Program-made: the position numbers and the translations under genes
The notes under the pieces: model-generated
Databases searched by the model: none
Seen by the model: the letters and a program-made list of their open reading frames with translations, nothing else
Told to the model about the DNA's origin: nothing
From: Raphidiopsis brookii D9
GTDB taxonomy: Bacteria > Cyanobacteriota > Cyanobacteriia > Cyanobacteriales > Nostocaceae
NCBI GenBank assembly: GCA_000175855.1
Contig: ACYB01000038.1
Span: 90,001 to 122,000, forward strand
Direction: 5' to 3'
Length of the DNA: 32,000 nucleotides
Shown here: piece by piece, positions 8,595-17,033 of the stretch
Numbering within the stretch: position 1 is the first letter of the stretch
Layout: each line of letters opens with the position of its first letter

Positions 8595-9344
8595 ATGCGC
8601 CAGGAACCGATTAAAAATCCTCCGGATCATCTCAAGACTCAGGATCACCAGTCACTGAAACCACAACGCGAACTGAGAAATTATGATGATCTAATCAAAC
8701 AATATGCTAAGCCAACCCGAATTATAGGTCTGGTAGATGCAACGGGTTCAATGAAACCATTGTGGGACAAAACAGTACAGAGTATTCAAGAACTGATCCG
8801 TCGAATCCTGGAAACGGGAAAAATTGAGCTTTCTTGGGTTGCTTACCGAGATTATTGCGATCATCACAGAATTATTGAACAAAGTAATTGGAGCGACTCG
8901 GTTGAATATCTCAAAACCTTTATGGCAAAAATCGTCTGTAATGGTGGTGGAGACTTTCCTGAAGCTGTGGAAAAAGCCTTAGAGGTTGCAATTAATGAGT
9001 CTGAGGTTTCTAGGGTTATCCTCATTGGTGATGCACCTCCTCATGCGGATAAAGATTACCGAAGTAAGGCAATTCAACTAGGGAAACTTAACAGGCCTGT
9101 TTTTAGCTTTGTTGTTGGCAATCACACCGACACGAAAAGAACCTTCGGAGAAATTTCAGATCTTTCGCGTGGAGTTTCTTTTAACCTAGAAAATGAGGAT
9201 GATATTTTGGATTTAATTGCAGTTACTGTTATAGATCAAATTGGGGGTCAAAAGTCTTTAGGTAAATATTTAGATGCTTATGGCTCTAAGTTATCTCCCA
9301 GCGTCAAAAACTTTATTCAACAACTTCCTCCAAGCAAAAAGTAG
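8595..9344 (+). CDS. von Willebrand factor type A (vWA) domain protein (cassette gene 2)
   Basis: MIDAS-type pattern IIGLVDATGSM ... WVAYRDY ... NGGGDFPEAVEKAL ... RVILIGDAPPH. 249 aa, no signal peptide or TM segment. Confidence 0.8.
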   Translation: MRQEPIKNPPDHLKTQDHQSLKPQRELRNYDDLIKQYAKPTRIIGLVDATGSMKPLWDKTVQSIQELIRRILETGKIELSWVAYRDYCDHHRIIEQSNWSDSVEYLKTFMAKIVCNGGGDFPEAVEKALEVAINESEVSRVILIGDAPPHADKDYRSKAIQLGKLNRPVFSFVVGNHTDTKRTFGEISDLSRGVSFNLENEDDILDLIAVTVIDQIGGQKSLGKYLDAYGSKLSPSVKNFIQQLPPSKK

Positions 9345-9354
9345 AAAGCAGATT

Positions 9355-10308
9355 ATGAGCTTGATCAAAATCTTTAAAATAGTCTATTTAGTTGGCATAG
9401 TTTTGTCGGGAGTGTTGACATTTGTTTCCTCTGACAAGAACAATACCGAAATTAGTAAATTAGTCTGGTTAGTTGGTGTGAGTCATGTTTTCGTACTAGC
9501 CATGATAGGTTTTAGGATGGAAAGATCTAAAGATAAAGCTGCTGCTGGACTGAGAGTACAGACATCAGGTTATCTGCATACGTTGATAGGATTCAGTGGT
9601 GCTTTATTTCAACTAGATCCCCAAAATTTATTGGCAACCATTGTGGTTCCTTTAAGTTACGCCCTATTCACCAGTATTATCGGTTGGTTTTTTGGTGGAG
9701 AATTAGTAAATGAATTCGATGGGGGAGGAGCGGTAGATATTGGCAATGAAGGAGAGCGAATTGCCCAAGAGTTTCACATTTTTGCGGAGAACCTTGGCCG
9801 AGAATTTCAGAGTTTTGCAGATAGCTTGAGTGCAATTCACGAGCAATACAGTCGCAAAATAGAAGATGCTTCAAACTCTTTTGAAAGTCAGCTACAAAAA
9901 GTAGGAGCAGCTTATAAAGGAATGGTGGATACACAGGAAGTTCAATTTGATAGATTGAGCAAAAAACAGCTTGATTTATTGGCTCAATTAGAAGATTATC
10001 AAAAAAGGTTCATAGATAGTCAGAATAGCTGTTACGGTAAAATGGATAATGCTATTCAGGAGTCTATTAATTCATCGGATAAATTAAACGCCAGTGTTGA
10101 TGCTTTGACTAGTGCTTTATCCACAAAGGAACTATTCTCCATAACTAGCAATTTTGTATACCTAAGTGAACAGACAAAAGTAGCATCAGATAATATGGAA
10201 CAAGTGGCAACTACATCTAAAAATGTCGCTAAATACTTGGAGGAGAGTAAAATTTTAATCGACCAACTGGAAAAGTTATTAAGTTCAATTAACTCTTATC
10301 GGAGGTAA
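9355..10308 (+). CDS. Four-TM membrane protein, MotA/TolQ/ExbB/ZorA-like by eye, with a C-terminal coiled-coil tail of about 170 aa (cassette gene 3)
   Basis: ATG at 9355 lies 10 nt after the vWA stop. The ORF-track start at 9274 would overlap gene 2. TM helices: IVYLVGIVLSGVLTFV, LVWLVGVSHVFVLAMIGF, GYLHTLIGFSGALFQL, IVVPLSYALFTSIIGWFFGG. The last hairpin resembles the GxLGTxxG / ALxxTxxG channel signature. The remainder is heptad-like helical sequence. The membrane-plus-tail layout is seen directly; the MotA-family call is inferred. Confidence 0.55.
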   Translation: MSLIKIFKIVYLVGIVLSGVLTFVSSDKNNTEISKLVWLVGVSHVFVLAMIGFRMERSKDKAAAGLRVQTSGYLHTLIGFSGALFQLDPQNLLATIVVPLSYALFTSIIGWFFGGELVNEFDGGGAVDIGNEGERIAQEFHIFAENLGREFQSFADSLSAIHEQYSRKIEDASNSFESQLQKVGAAYKGMVDTQEVQFDRLSKKQLDLLAQLEDYQKRFIDSQNSCYGKMDNAIQESINSSDKLNASVDALTSALSTKELFSITSNFVYLSEQTKVASDNMEQVATTSKNVAKYLEESKILIDQLEKLLSSINSYRR

Positions 10309-10314
10309 AGACTA

Positions 10315-10935
10315 ATGCAAATTAGAAGCAATATGGAACAAGCAGAGATTTTTGTTTTTATCGCTTCCTTCTTTCTGATTGCTCTTGGTTTTAAGGAACC
10401 AGATGGGCCAGTCAAAAAGCCGTCTGAACATCCACCAATCATTCTATTTCCTGAATCTTCCAGGTATAACTTTCGTTCAGGTCGTGCTGAATTAAGTTCG
10501 GAATTTAGGGATCATATTCGCACTAAACTGAAACCAAAAATTTTGGAAGTTGTCAAACAATACAAGGATATTGACGCTATTGAGGTGATTGGTCATACTG
10601 ATGGCAGGCCAATTAATAGTGTTGAACAATCCATCTCAAGTCACAATAGCAATTTGGATAATAATTTAGAGAGGGTTAATCTAGGCAAATTATCTGTATC
10701 CAGATTGCAACCTGGCTCTAATACCGATTTAGGTATTATGAGAGCTTTGGCTGTTGTCCAGGAACTGAAACAATCCGGAGGGGGAATTTCAAAACTCAAT
10801 CTCCGTGCCTATTCTGCAGGACAGTTATTATTGGAAGATGGTCAACCAGCACCAATAGATACAACAGATAACCCTGAAAGAAGACGAATAGAAATTCGTT
10901 TCACAAAATTGGGTCGTACTCAGGTTTTTAAATAG
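10315..10935 (+). CDS. OmpA/MotB-family peptidoglycan-binding protein with N-terminal TM anchor (cassette gene 4)
   Basis: N-terminal TM IFVFIASFFLIALGF. OmpA-like domain: FRSGRAEL..., IEVIGHTDG, NTDLGIMRALAVVQEL, RAYSAGQ, NPERRRIEIRF. ATG at 10315 lies 6 nt after the gene 3 stop, with GGAGG at 10301-10305. Confidence 0.8.
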   Translation: MQIRSNMEQAEIFVFIASFFLIALGFKEPDGPVKKPSEHPPIILFPESSRYNFRSGRAELSSEFRDHIRTKLKPKILEVVKQYKDIDAIEVIGHTDGRPINSVEQSISSHNSNLDNNLERVNLGKLSVSRLQPGSNTDLGIMRALAVVQELKQSGGGISKLNLRAYSAGQLLLEDGQPAPIDTTDNPERRRIEIRFTKLGRTQVFK

Positions 10936-10981
10936 GGGTTCCTATTGGAAAATTTCGTTTTAAGAATTTCGTTTTACTTTG

Positions 10982-11026
10982 GCGATCGCATGATTTGCGC
11001 CATACAAAAAACCAACTGGCGATCGC
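10982..11026. repeat. Pair of HIP1 palindromes (GGCGATCGC) 37 nt apart in the spacer after the cassette
   Basis: GCGATCGC at 10982-10989 and 11019-11026. These are the first HIP1 copies after a HIP1-free stretch that begins after 3601. Confidence 0.9.
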
Positions 11027-11447
11027 TCTTTTAATTTCAAATAACTTCACATAGCAAAATGGAAAATTATGAGTTTTAGACCACCATATAAATATGTCTA
11101 ATACGGGAATTAGCTCTTAAGTTACCTAATTTTTTTAGTCTTGTCAAGCAGGATATTCTTGTGTTCTTGCAAGTTCTCGTTAATAAGTAGCAAAATCTAC
11201 TAAATATATTATGACATGATTATAGTTACTAAAATAGTTGCTTAAATGGGACAAAGGCAAAAAAGATGATCTTACCTGTCAACATTATGAGTTAGGATAG
11301 AAAATTAGCATTTCTTTGATGAAATATCCCTATTAAATTGTTGATTGTTGGGATTTTATGGACAAAAGTCCACCAGATGGCAGTAGTATCCTCTCCTAAG
11401 TTGGGGACATTGTCTCCCGCTGTAGGGGAGACATAAGGAGGTGAATC

Positions 11448-12797
11448 GTGCTAACACAAGATGTTCGCAACGCTTTGGATGTTGCTGACTTAAACAAACT
11501 CAAATATGATTTAAATAGTCTCCAACCGGTAGACGTAGGAGAGTATATTTCAGAATTGCCAGAACAACAAAGGGCGATCGCATTTAGGTTGTTAAACAAA
11601 AATCAGGCCATTGATGTTTTTGAGTACTTACCTACAGATGTGCAGGAGGAACTGATTAATTCCTTGCATGATGTTCAGGTGGTACATTTAGTAGAAGAAA
11701 TGAGTCCTGATGAAAGAGCGTATTTATTTGATGAATTACCTGCAGGGGTAGTTAAAAGACTATTACAACAACTTAGTCCGGAACAAAGACAAGCAACCGC
11801 GACAATTTTGGGATATCCCGAAGGTACCGCAGGTAGAGTCATGACTACAGAGTATGTCCGGTTGCGTCAAGGATTAACAGTGGGGGAAGCATTAAGTAAA
11901 ATTCGTCTTCAAGATGAAGATAAAGAAACTATTTACTATGCTTATGTAACCGATGATAACCGTAAGTTAGTGAGTGTAGTCTCTTTGCGTCAGTTGTTAT
12001 TCACCTTTCCAGAAGTTTTCATCAGGGATATTGCTAGTTCCCAGGTAGTGAAAGTGACTACAGAAACTCCCCAAGAAGAAGTGGCGCGGATCATGCAGCG
12101 TTATGATTTAATTGCCATACCCGTAGTGGATCGGGAGGATAGATTAGTAGGAATTATCACTATTGATGATGTGGTTGATATTTTACAAGAGGAGGCCACA
12201 GAGGATATTCAAAAATTGGCAGCGGTAAGTGGTGATGAAGAGGCCTTATCCCCACCCCATTTGACCATTCGCAAACGCTTACCCTGGTTATTGGGGATTA
12301 TGGCATTGTATATTGGTGCAGCTAGTGCGATCGCTCCTTTTCAAAAAGTAATTGCTGCGGTTCCGGTTTTAGCGGTGATTATGCCCATATTTTCTAATAC
12401 TGGAGGAACCGTGGGTATTCAGGCCTTAACCGTGACAATTCGGGGTTTAGGTGTGGGAGAGGTGACCACAAAGGATGCTGGGAAAATTTTGCGGAAGGAA
12501 CTCATAGCAGGTCTAGGAACTTCCTTGGCTTTGGGTTCAACCATGGTTCTACTTTCTTTGATTTGGGCAAAACCTGATGAAAAGTGGGTAGCTTTAATTG
12601 CTGGAATAGTAATGGCCACTAACACCATGGTTGCTGTGAGTTTGGGGACTTTATTACCCATGGGATTACAAAGGCTAAAATTAGATCCAGCTTTAATGAG
12701 TGGTCCACTGGTGACAACTATGTTGGATACTATTGGTTTTTTAACCTTCTTGAGCATGATTTCCCTTGCTTTGAAAGTATTTAATTTAAGCTATTAG
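11448..12797 (+). CDS. mgtE: Magnesium transporter MgtE
   Basis: 449 aa: MgtE N-domain, tandem CBS pair (VMTTEYVRL..., [25 protein letters not shown]), then the 5-TM channel domain ([37 protein letters not shown]). GTG start with AAGGAGG at 11435-11441. Confidence 0.95.
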   Translation: MLTQDVRNALDVADLNKLKYDLNSLQPVDVGEYISELPEQQRAIAFRLLNKNQAIDVFEYLPTDVQEELINSLHDVQVVHLVEEMSPDERAYLFDELPAGVVKRLLQQLSPEQRQATATILGYPEGTAGRVMTTEYVRLRQGLTVGEALSKIRLQDEDKETIYYAYVTDDNRKLVSVVSLRQLLFTFPEVFIRDIASSQVVKVTTETPQEEVARIMQRYDLIAIPVVDREDRLVGIITIDDVVDILQEEATEDIQKLAAVSGDEEALSPPHLTIRKRLPWLLGIMALYIGAASAIAPFQKVIAAVPVLAVIMPIFSNTGGTVGIQALTVTIRGLGVGEVTTKDAGKILRKELIAGLGTSLALGSTMVLLSLIWAKPDEKWVALIAGIVMATNTMVAVSLGTLLPMGLQRLKLDPALMSGPLVTTMLDTIGFLTFLSMISLALKVFNLSY

Positions 12798-12828
12798 AGC
12801 TATTAAGCAGTATTATTTTCAGTTTAAC

Positions 12829-13830
12829 ATGTCAACGCCCGCAAATAATTGGAATCGTCATCATATTCTTTCTCTAGCTGATTTTACTGTAAATGAATAT
12901 AATGCTGTTTTACAAACAGCAGCTTCATTTAAAGAAGTGTTATCACGACGAACTAAAAAAGTCCCCACTTTACAAGGACAAGTGGTAGCCAATCTCTTTT
13001 TTGAACCTTCCACCCGCACCAGAAGTAGTTTTGAAATAGCTGCTAAAAGGCTAAGTGCAGATACTCTAAATTTCTCTAGTGCTAGTTCCTCTATGACCAA
13101 GGGAGAAACAATTTTAGATACAGCTAAAACCTATTTAGCCATGGGTACAGATATTATGGTGATTCGCCATAAAGAAGCAGGAGTACCACAGGCGATCGCC
13201 CGGGAAATGGATCGTTTAGGTGTAAAAGTTAGTGTATTAAATGCTGGTGATGGCCAACATGAACATCCCTCCCAAGGACTATTAGATTTATTCACAATTT
13301 GTAGTTTAATTGATCCAGAACAACCCAAAATTGAATCATTAGCAGGTAAAAAGATTGCCATTATAGGTGACATTTTACACTCACGGGTTGCCAGGTCTAA
13401 TATTTGGAGTTTGACCACCAGTGGTGCCCAAGTACATCTAGCAGCACCACCAACCTTACTACCCAAATACTTTAGTGAGTATGTAGGATCACAGGGAAAT
13501 TCCCGGAGTTTATTCATCCATTGGCAATTGGATCCAGCTTTGGAGGATGCTGACTTTGTCATGACTTTAAGGTTGCAAAAAGAAAGGATGACTGGTAACC
13601 TGTTACCCAGTTTAAGAGAATATCATCAATTATTTGGCATTACCAGGCAGAGATTAAAAGCTTGTAAACCTCAAGTAAAAGTACTACATCCAGGTCCAGT
13701 AAATAGGGGTGTGGAAATCAGTTCAGATTTAATGGACGATCCAGAATTCAGCCTAATTCAAGATCAGGTGACTAGTGGTGTAGCTGTGCGCATGGCACTA
13801 TTGTATTTTATTGGTGGTGGGAAAGGTTAG
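12829..13830 (+). CDS. pyrB: Aspartate carbamoyltransferase catalytic subunit
   Basis: Motifs [44 protein letters not shown]. Confidence 0.95.
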   Translation: MSTPANNWNRHHILSLADFTVNEYNAVLQTAASFKEVLSRRTKKVPTLQGQVVANLFFEPSTRTRSSFEIAAKRLSADTLNFSSASSSMTKGETILDTAKTYLAMGTDIMVIRHKEAGVPQAIAREMDRLGVKVSVLNAGDGQHEHPSQGLLDLFTICSLIDPEQPKIESLAGKKIAIIGDILHSRVARSNIWSLTTSGAQVHLAAPPTLLPKYFSEYVGSQGNSRSLFIHWQLDPALEDADFVMTLRLQKERMTGNLLPSLREYHQLFGITRQRLKACKPQVKVLHPGPVNRGVEISSDLMDDPEFSLIQDQVTSGVAVRMALLYFIGGGKG

Positions 13831-13886
13831 ACCAAATAACAAAAATGGTAAGATGAAAGTGAAAGCCAAATCCAAACACAACGACA

Positions 13887-16325
13887 ATGCGTATCTCTTT
13901 CAATTGGTTACGGGAACTCGTAGAAATTAAACTAACTCCGGAAGAACTAGCTCATACCCTAACAATGGCGGGGTTTGAGGTGGAGAGTATAGAGGATCGT
14001 CGCACTTGGGCGGATGGCGTTGTCATAGGGAAAGTTATAAAACGGGAGCAGCATCCAAACGCGGACAAGTTAAGTGTTTGCACAGTAGATATAGGCAGTG
14101 AGGAAACACTAAATATTGTTTGTGGCGCATCAAATGTGTGTGCTGATATTTACGTGCCAGTTGCGACCAAGGGGACTTATTTGCCCAATATTGATTTAAA
14201 AATCAAACCGACGAAGCTCAGAGGTGTACCTTCCAACGGGATGATTTGTTCATTAAAAGAATTGGGTTTACCCACAGACATAGACGGGATTCATATTTTC
14301 AGACAAGAGGGTTTAACCCTAGGTAGGGAAGTAGGTCCCATCCTAGGTTTGGACGATGTGATTTTAGATGTCACAGCTACCGCTAATCGTGCAGATGCTT
14401 TATCCATGGTAGGGATTGCCAGGGAAATTGCAGCATTAACGGGTGGAAAGCTATCCCTTCCTCAACTAACAGGAGTAGAAATTACCCCCAGCACTGGGCA
14501 AAAAATCCGGGTGAAAATTTCTGAACAGCACGCTTGTCCTCTATATATTGGTACCCTAATAGAAAACGTGAAAATTGCTGCTTCTCCTGAATGGTTGCAA
14601 AGACGTTTAATTGCTGCGGGTGTACGTCCAATTAACAACATAGTAGATATTACAAATTATGTGTTATTAGAAAGAGGACAACCTCTACACGCTTTTGATA
14701 AATCCAGATTAGAGCAGGTAGGTGGGGGAACAGATGTAACTATTGGTGTGAGATTTGCTCAAGCTGGAGAAACTCTCAAAACCCTAGATGGACAAACCCG
14801 GAACTTATCTACTCAGAACTTATTAATTACCGCTAACAATCAACCGGTAGCTCTAGCAGGGGTTATGGGTGGGGAAGAAACAGAGATTCATCCAGGTACA
14901 ACTAGTTTATTTTTAGAAGCTGCACTATTCAATTCAGTCGCTATTCGTCGTTCCTCTCGTAGTGTGGGTTTAAGAAGTGAAGCATCAGGAAGATACGAAA
15001 GAGGAGTCAATTGGGCAGAATTAGCAATAGCTTCTGACCGAGCTTTATCTCTCATGCAGGAGTTAGCAGATGCTAAAGTTGTTCATCAAGAAACTTCTGA
15101 TTACCGTCCCGATAATGCTCTAAAGAATCATCCCATTATTTTGCGATTAGAGAGAATTAATCAAGTGTTAGGTCCCATTGATTTGGGCGCAGAAACGGGA
15201 GAGTTAAAAGCAGCAGATGTGGAAAGGATTCTCACAGCTTTAGGATGCGAACTAACTGATAATCAGGATGGTAGTTGGCAAGTGAAAGTACCATCTTATC
15301 GCTATTCCGATTTGGAAAGGGAAATTGATTTAATTGAAGAAATTGCCCGACTTTACGGTTATGATAACTTTGTTGATACTCTACCAGAAAAAACGGAACC
15401 GGGTTATTTACCCTTAGACCAGGAACTACTGCGAAAATTACGTGGTTATTTAAGAGCAGAGGGTTTAACAGAGTTAATGCACTACTCCTTAGTCAAACCC
15501 GGTGAAGACAGGCAAATTCTTTTAAATAATCCTTTATTTACCGAATATTCAGCCCTGAGAACCGACTTGATTTCTGGTTTAATTGATGCTTTTGAATATA
15601 ATCTACAGCAAGGAAATGGGGCGTTAAATGGTTTTGAAATTGGCACCATTTTCTCTAGAGAAGAAGAAGGACTAGAAGAATCACAAGTCATTGCAGGAAT
15701 TATGGGAGGTGATACTACCGTCGGTAGATGGTTCAATGGTGGAAAAGAAAATCCCATGACCTGGTTCGCAGCAAAAGGTATTTTAGAAAATGTCTTTCAA
15801 CAACTGGGAATGCAGGTAGAATTTCAACCAGAAAATCGAGATAGAAGGTTACATCCCGGAAGGACAGCTTCCTTATGGTTAGGAGGAGCTAGACTGGGAA
15901 CTTTTGGACAAGTTCATCCCCAACTCAGACGAGAAAAGAGTTTACCAGATGCAGTTTATGTCTTCCAATTAGATTTGGATACCTTACTCAGTACCCTGGA
16001 TAATGATGAATTATTGATTCCTAAATTTAAACCCTATTCTACCTATCCCGCAAGCGATCGCGATTTGGCGTTTTTCGCGTCTGTAAAAGTTACGGTTGGG
16101 GAGATTGAAAAGGTAATTACTAAAGCTGGTAAGGGGTTGCTAGAGTCTGTAGAAGTCTTTGATGAATACAGAGGTGAAAATGTCCCCATAGGACAAAGAA
16201 GTTTAGGTTTTCGGTTAGTTTATCGTGCGGTTGACCACACTTTGACTGATAATGAGGTTGAACCAATACACCATAAAATTCGAGAATCCCTAGTAGAAAA
16301 ATTCGGTGTTACTTTGAGAAGTTAA
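13887..16325 (+). CDS. pheT: Phenylalanine--tRNA ligase beta subunit
   Basis: 812 aa. N-terminal tRNA-binding domain ([23 protein letters not shown]), B3/4 and B5 regions, and a C-terminal FDX-ACB-like end (DRDLAFF...[12 protein letters not shown]). Confidence 0.95.
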   Translation: MRISFNWLRELVEIKLTPEELAHTLTMAGFEVESIEDRRTWADGVVIGKVIKREQHPNADKLSVCTVDIGSEETLNIVCGASNVCADIYVPVATKGTYLPNIDLKIKPTKLRGVPSNGMICSLKELGLPTDIDGIHIFRQEGLTLGREVGPILGLDDVILDVTATANRADALSMVGIAREIAALTGGKLSLPQLTGVEITPSTGQKIRVKISEQHACPLYIGTLIENVKIAASPEWLQRRLIAAGVRPINNIVDITNYVLLERGQPLHAFDKSRLEQVGGGTDVTIGVRFAQAGETLKTLDGQTRNLSTQNLLITANNQPVALAGVMGGEETEIHPGTTSLFLEAALFNSVAIRRSSRSVGLRSEASGRYERGVNWAELAIASDRALSLMQELADAKVVHQETSDYRPDNALKNHPIILRLERINQVLGPIDLGAETGELKAADVERILTALGCELTDNQDGSWQVKVPSYRYSDLEREIDLIEEIARLYGYDNFVDTLPEKTEPGYLPLDQELLRKLRGYLRAEGLTELMHYSLVKPGEDRQILLNNPLFTEYSALRTDLISGLIDAFEYNLQQGNGALNGFEIGTIFSREEEGLEESQVIAGIMGGDTTVGRWFNGGKENPMTWFAAKGILENVFQQLGMQVEFQPENRDRRLHPGRTASLWLGGARLGTFGQVHPQLRREKSLPDAVYVFQLDLDTLLSTLDNDELLIPKFKPYSTYPASDRDLAFFASVKVTVGEIEKVITKAGKGLLESVEVFDEYRGENVPIGQRSLGFRLVYRAVDHTLTDNEVEPIHHKIRESLVEKFGVTLRS

Positions 16326-16382
16326 CTCCCTAGGGAGCAGCAGATTAAGCTTAACAACTACAAATATCAGAGGAAGAAGATC

Positions 16383-16653
16383 ATGGCAAAATATATTATG
16401 TGGGGTAGTTATTGCGAAGAGGTTTTAACCAAACGGGAACCTTATCGTCAAGCGCATCTAGAGGGACTGGCAAAACAAAAAGGATGCGGGAATACTAATT
16501 ACCATAGGTCCCACTAAGGATATTACTAAGGTCTTTGGTATTTATGAAGCTGAGAGCGAAAGCGCCGTGAGTCAACTCATAGAAGCTGACCCCTATTGGA
16601 AAAATGGTATTTGGACAGAGTATATAGTTAAAGAGTGGATTCAAGCTTTTTAA
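16383..16653 (+). pseudogene. YciI-like family gene broken by a 1-nt insertion
   Basis: ATG 16383 to TAA 16651-16653 spans 271 nt (3n+1). Frame 1 gives MAKYIMWGSYCEEVLTKREPYRQAHLEGLAKQK and then stops at 16515-16517. The next frame continues DAGILITIGPTKDITKVFGIYEAESESAVSQLIEADPYWKNGIWTEYIVKEWIQAF. Removing one A from the A5 run at 16477-16481 restores an 89-aa YciI-like protein. Confidence 0.75.
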
Positions 16654-16671
16654 ACCAAATGTTTAAAAACT

Positions 16672-16884
16672 TCATCGTTTCAGTGCTCTTTTAAAATTGC
16701 GTCTAAAGGAGGTGTTGATCAGGTAGAAAACTGGCCACAGAATACTAAATTTTAAGCGATTCAAAAATCTTTGACTGAAATGTGTTCTTTCAAAACCAAA
16801 CCAGAACCGCCAAGCGAAAGCCAGATAAATAAAGGCAAGTCCAATAATTATTAGTTGCACCTTCTTACACTCCTGTAAAGACAT
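16672..16884 (-). CDS. Possible small membrane protein (hypothetical)
   Basis: 70-aa ORF with one clear hydrophobic helix (LIIIGLAFIYLAFAWRFWF) and a basic C-terminus. No recognisable SD, no family recognised. Confidence 0.3.
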   Translation of the reverse strand: MSLQECKKVQLIIIGLAFIYLAFAWRFWFGFERTHFSQRFLNRLKFSILWPVFYLINTSFRRNFKRALKR

Positions 16885-16889
16885 GCCCA

Positions 16890-16918
16890 GTAATATGGAT
16901 TCATAGAATCCATATTAC
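16890..16918. repeat. Perfect 13-bp inverted repeat with 3-nt spacer
   Basis: GTAATATGGATTC (16890-16902), ATA, GAATCCATATTAC (16906-16918). It sits 5 nt upstream of the ATG of the minus-strand ORF 16672-16884. Confidence 0.85.
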
Positions 16919-17033
16919 CAACTGTTTTAACCATTGTCAAGAGTAAAGGGACAAAAATTTTAAGAAATTTGCTGCGAGAACACGTAAAATTACGCATAAT
17001 AATTTAATTGATTCATTATGAGGAATCGCTTAT

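Noticed and set aside
9274-9354. ORF-track start at 9274 for cassette gene 3 (an extra 27 aa overlapping the vWA gene)
   Set aside because: The extension overlaps the last 71 nt of gene 2 in another frame. The ATG at 9355, just after the gene 2 stop, begins directly with the first TM helix.
7525-9934. Antisense ORFs 7525-7761 and 9677-9934 inside the cassette
   Set aside because: They lie opposite cassette genes 1 and 3, and their sequences look like reverse-frame artefacts of AT-rich coding DNA.
7056-11429. Shared 9-mer TGTAGGGGA at 7056-7064 and 11421-11429 as possible att-like direct repeats flanking the cassette
   Set aside because: A single 9-mer match between a 231-nt and a 512-nt spacer is expected by chance about half the time. 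There is no longer flanking identity and no integrase.
10936-11447. M-box (Mg2+) riboswitch upstream of mgtE
   Set aside because: I could not find the conserved M-box sequence blocks. The region is AT-rich and only a small hairpin near the SD is evident.
11396-15757. Antisense ORFs 11396-11599, 12419-12757, 12861-13100, 13131-13562 and 15482-15757
   Set aside because: They lie opposite mgtE, pyrB and pheT, which are unambiguous, and none has recognisable motifs.
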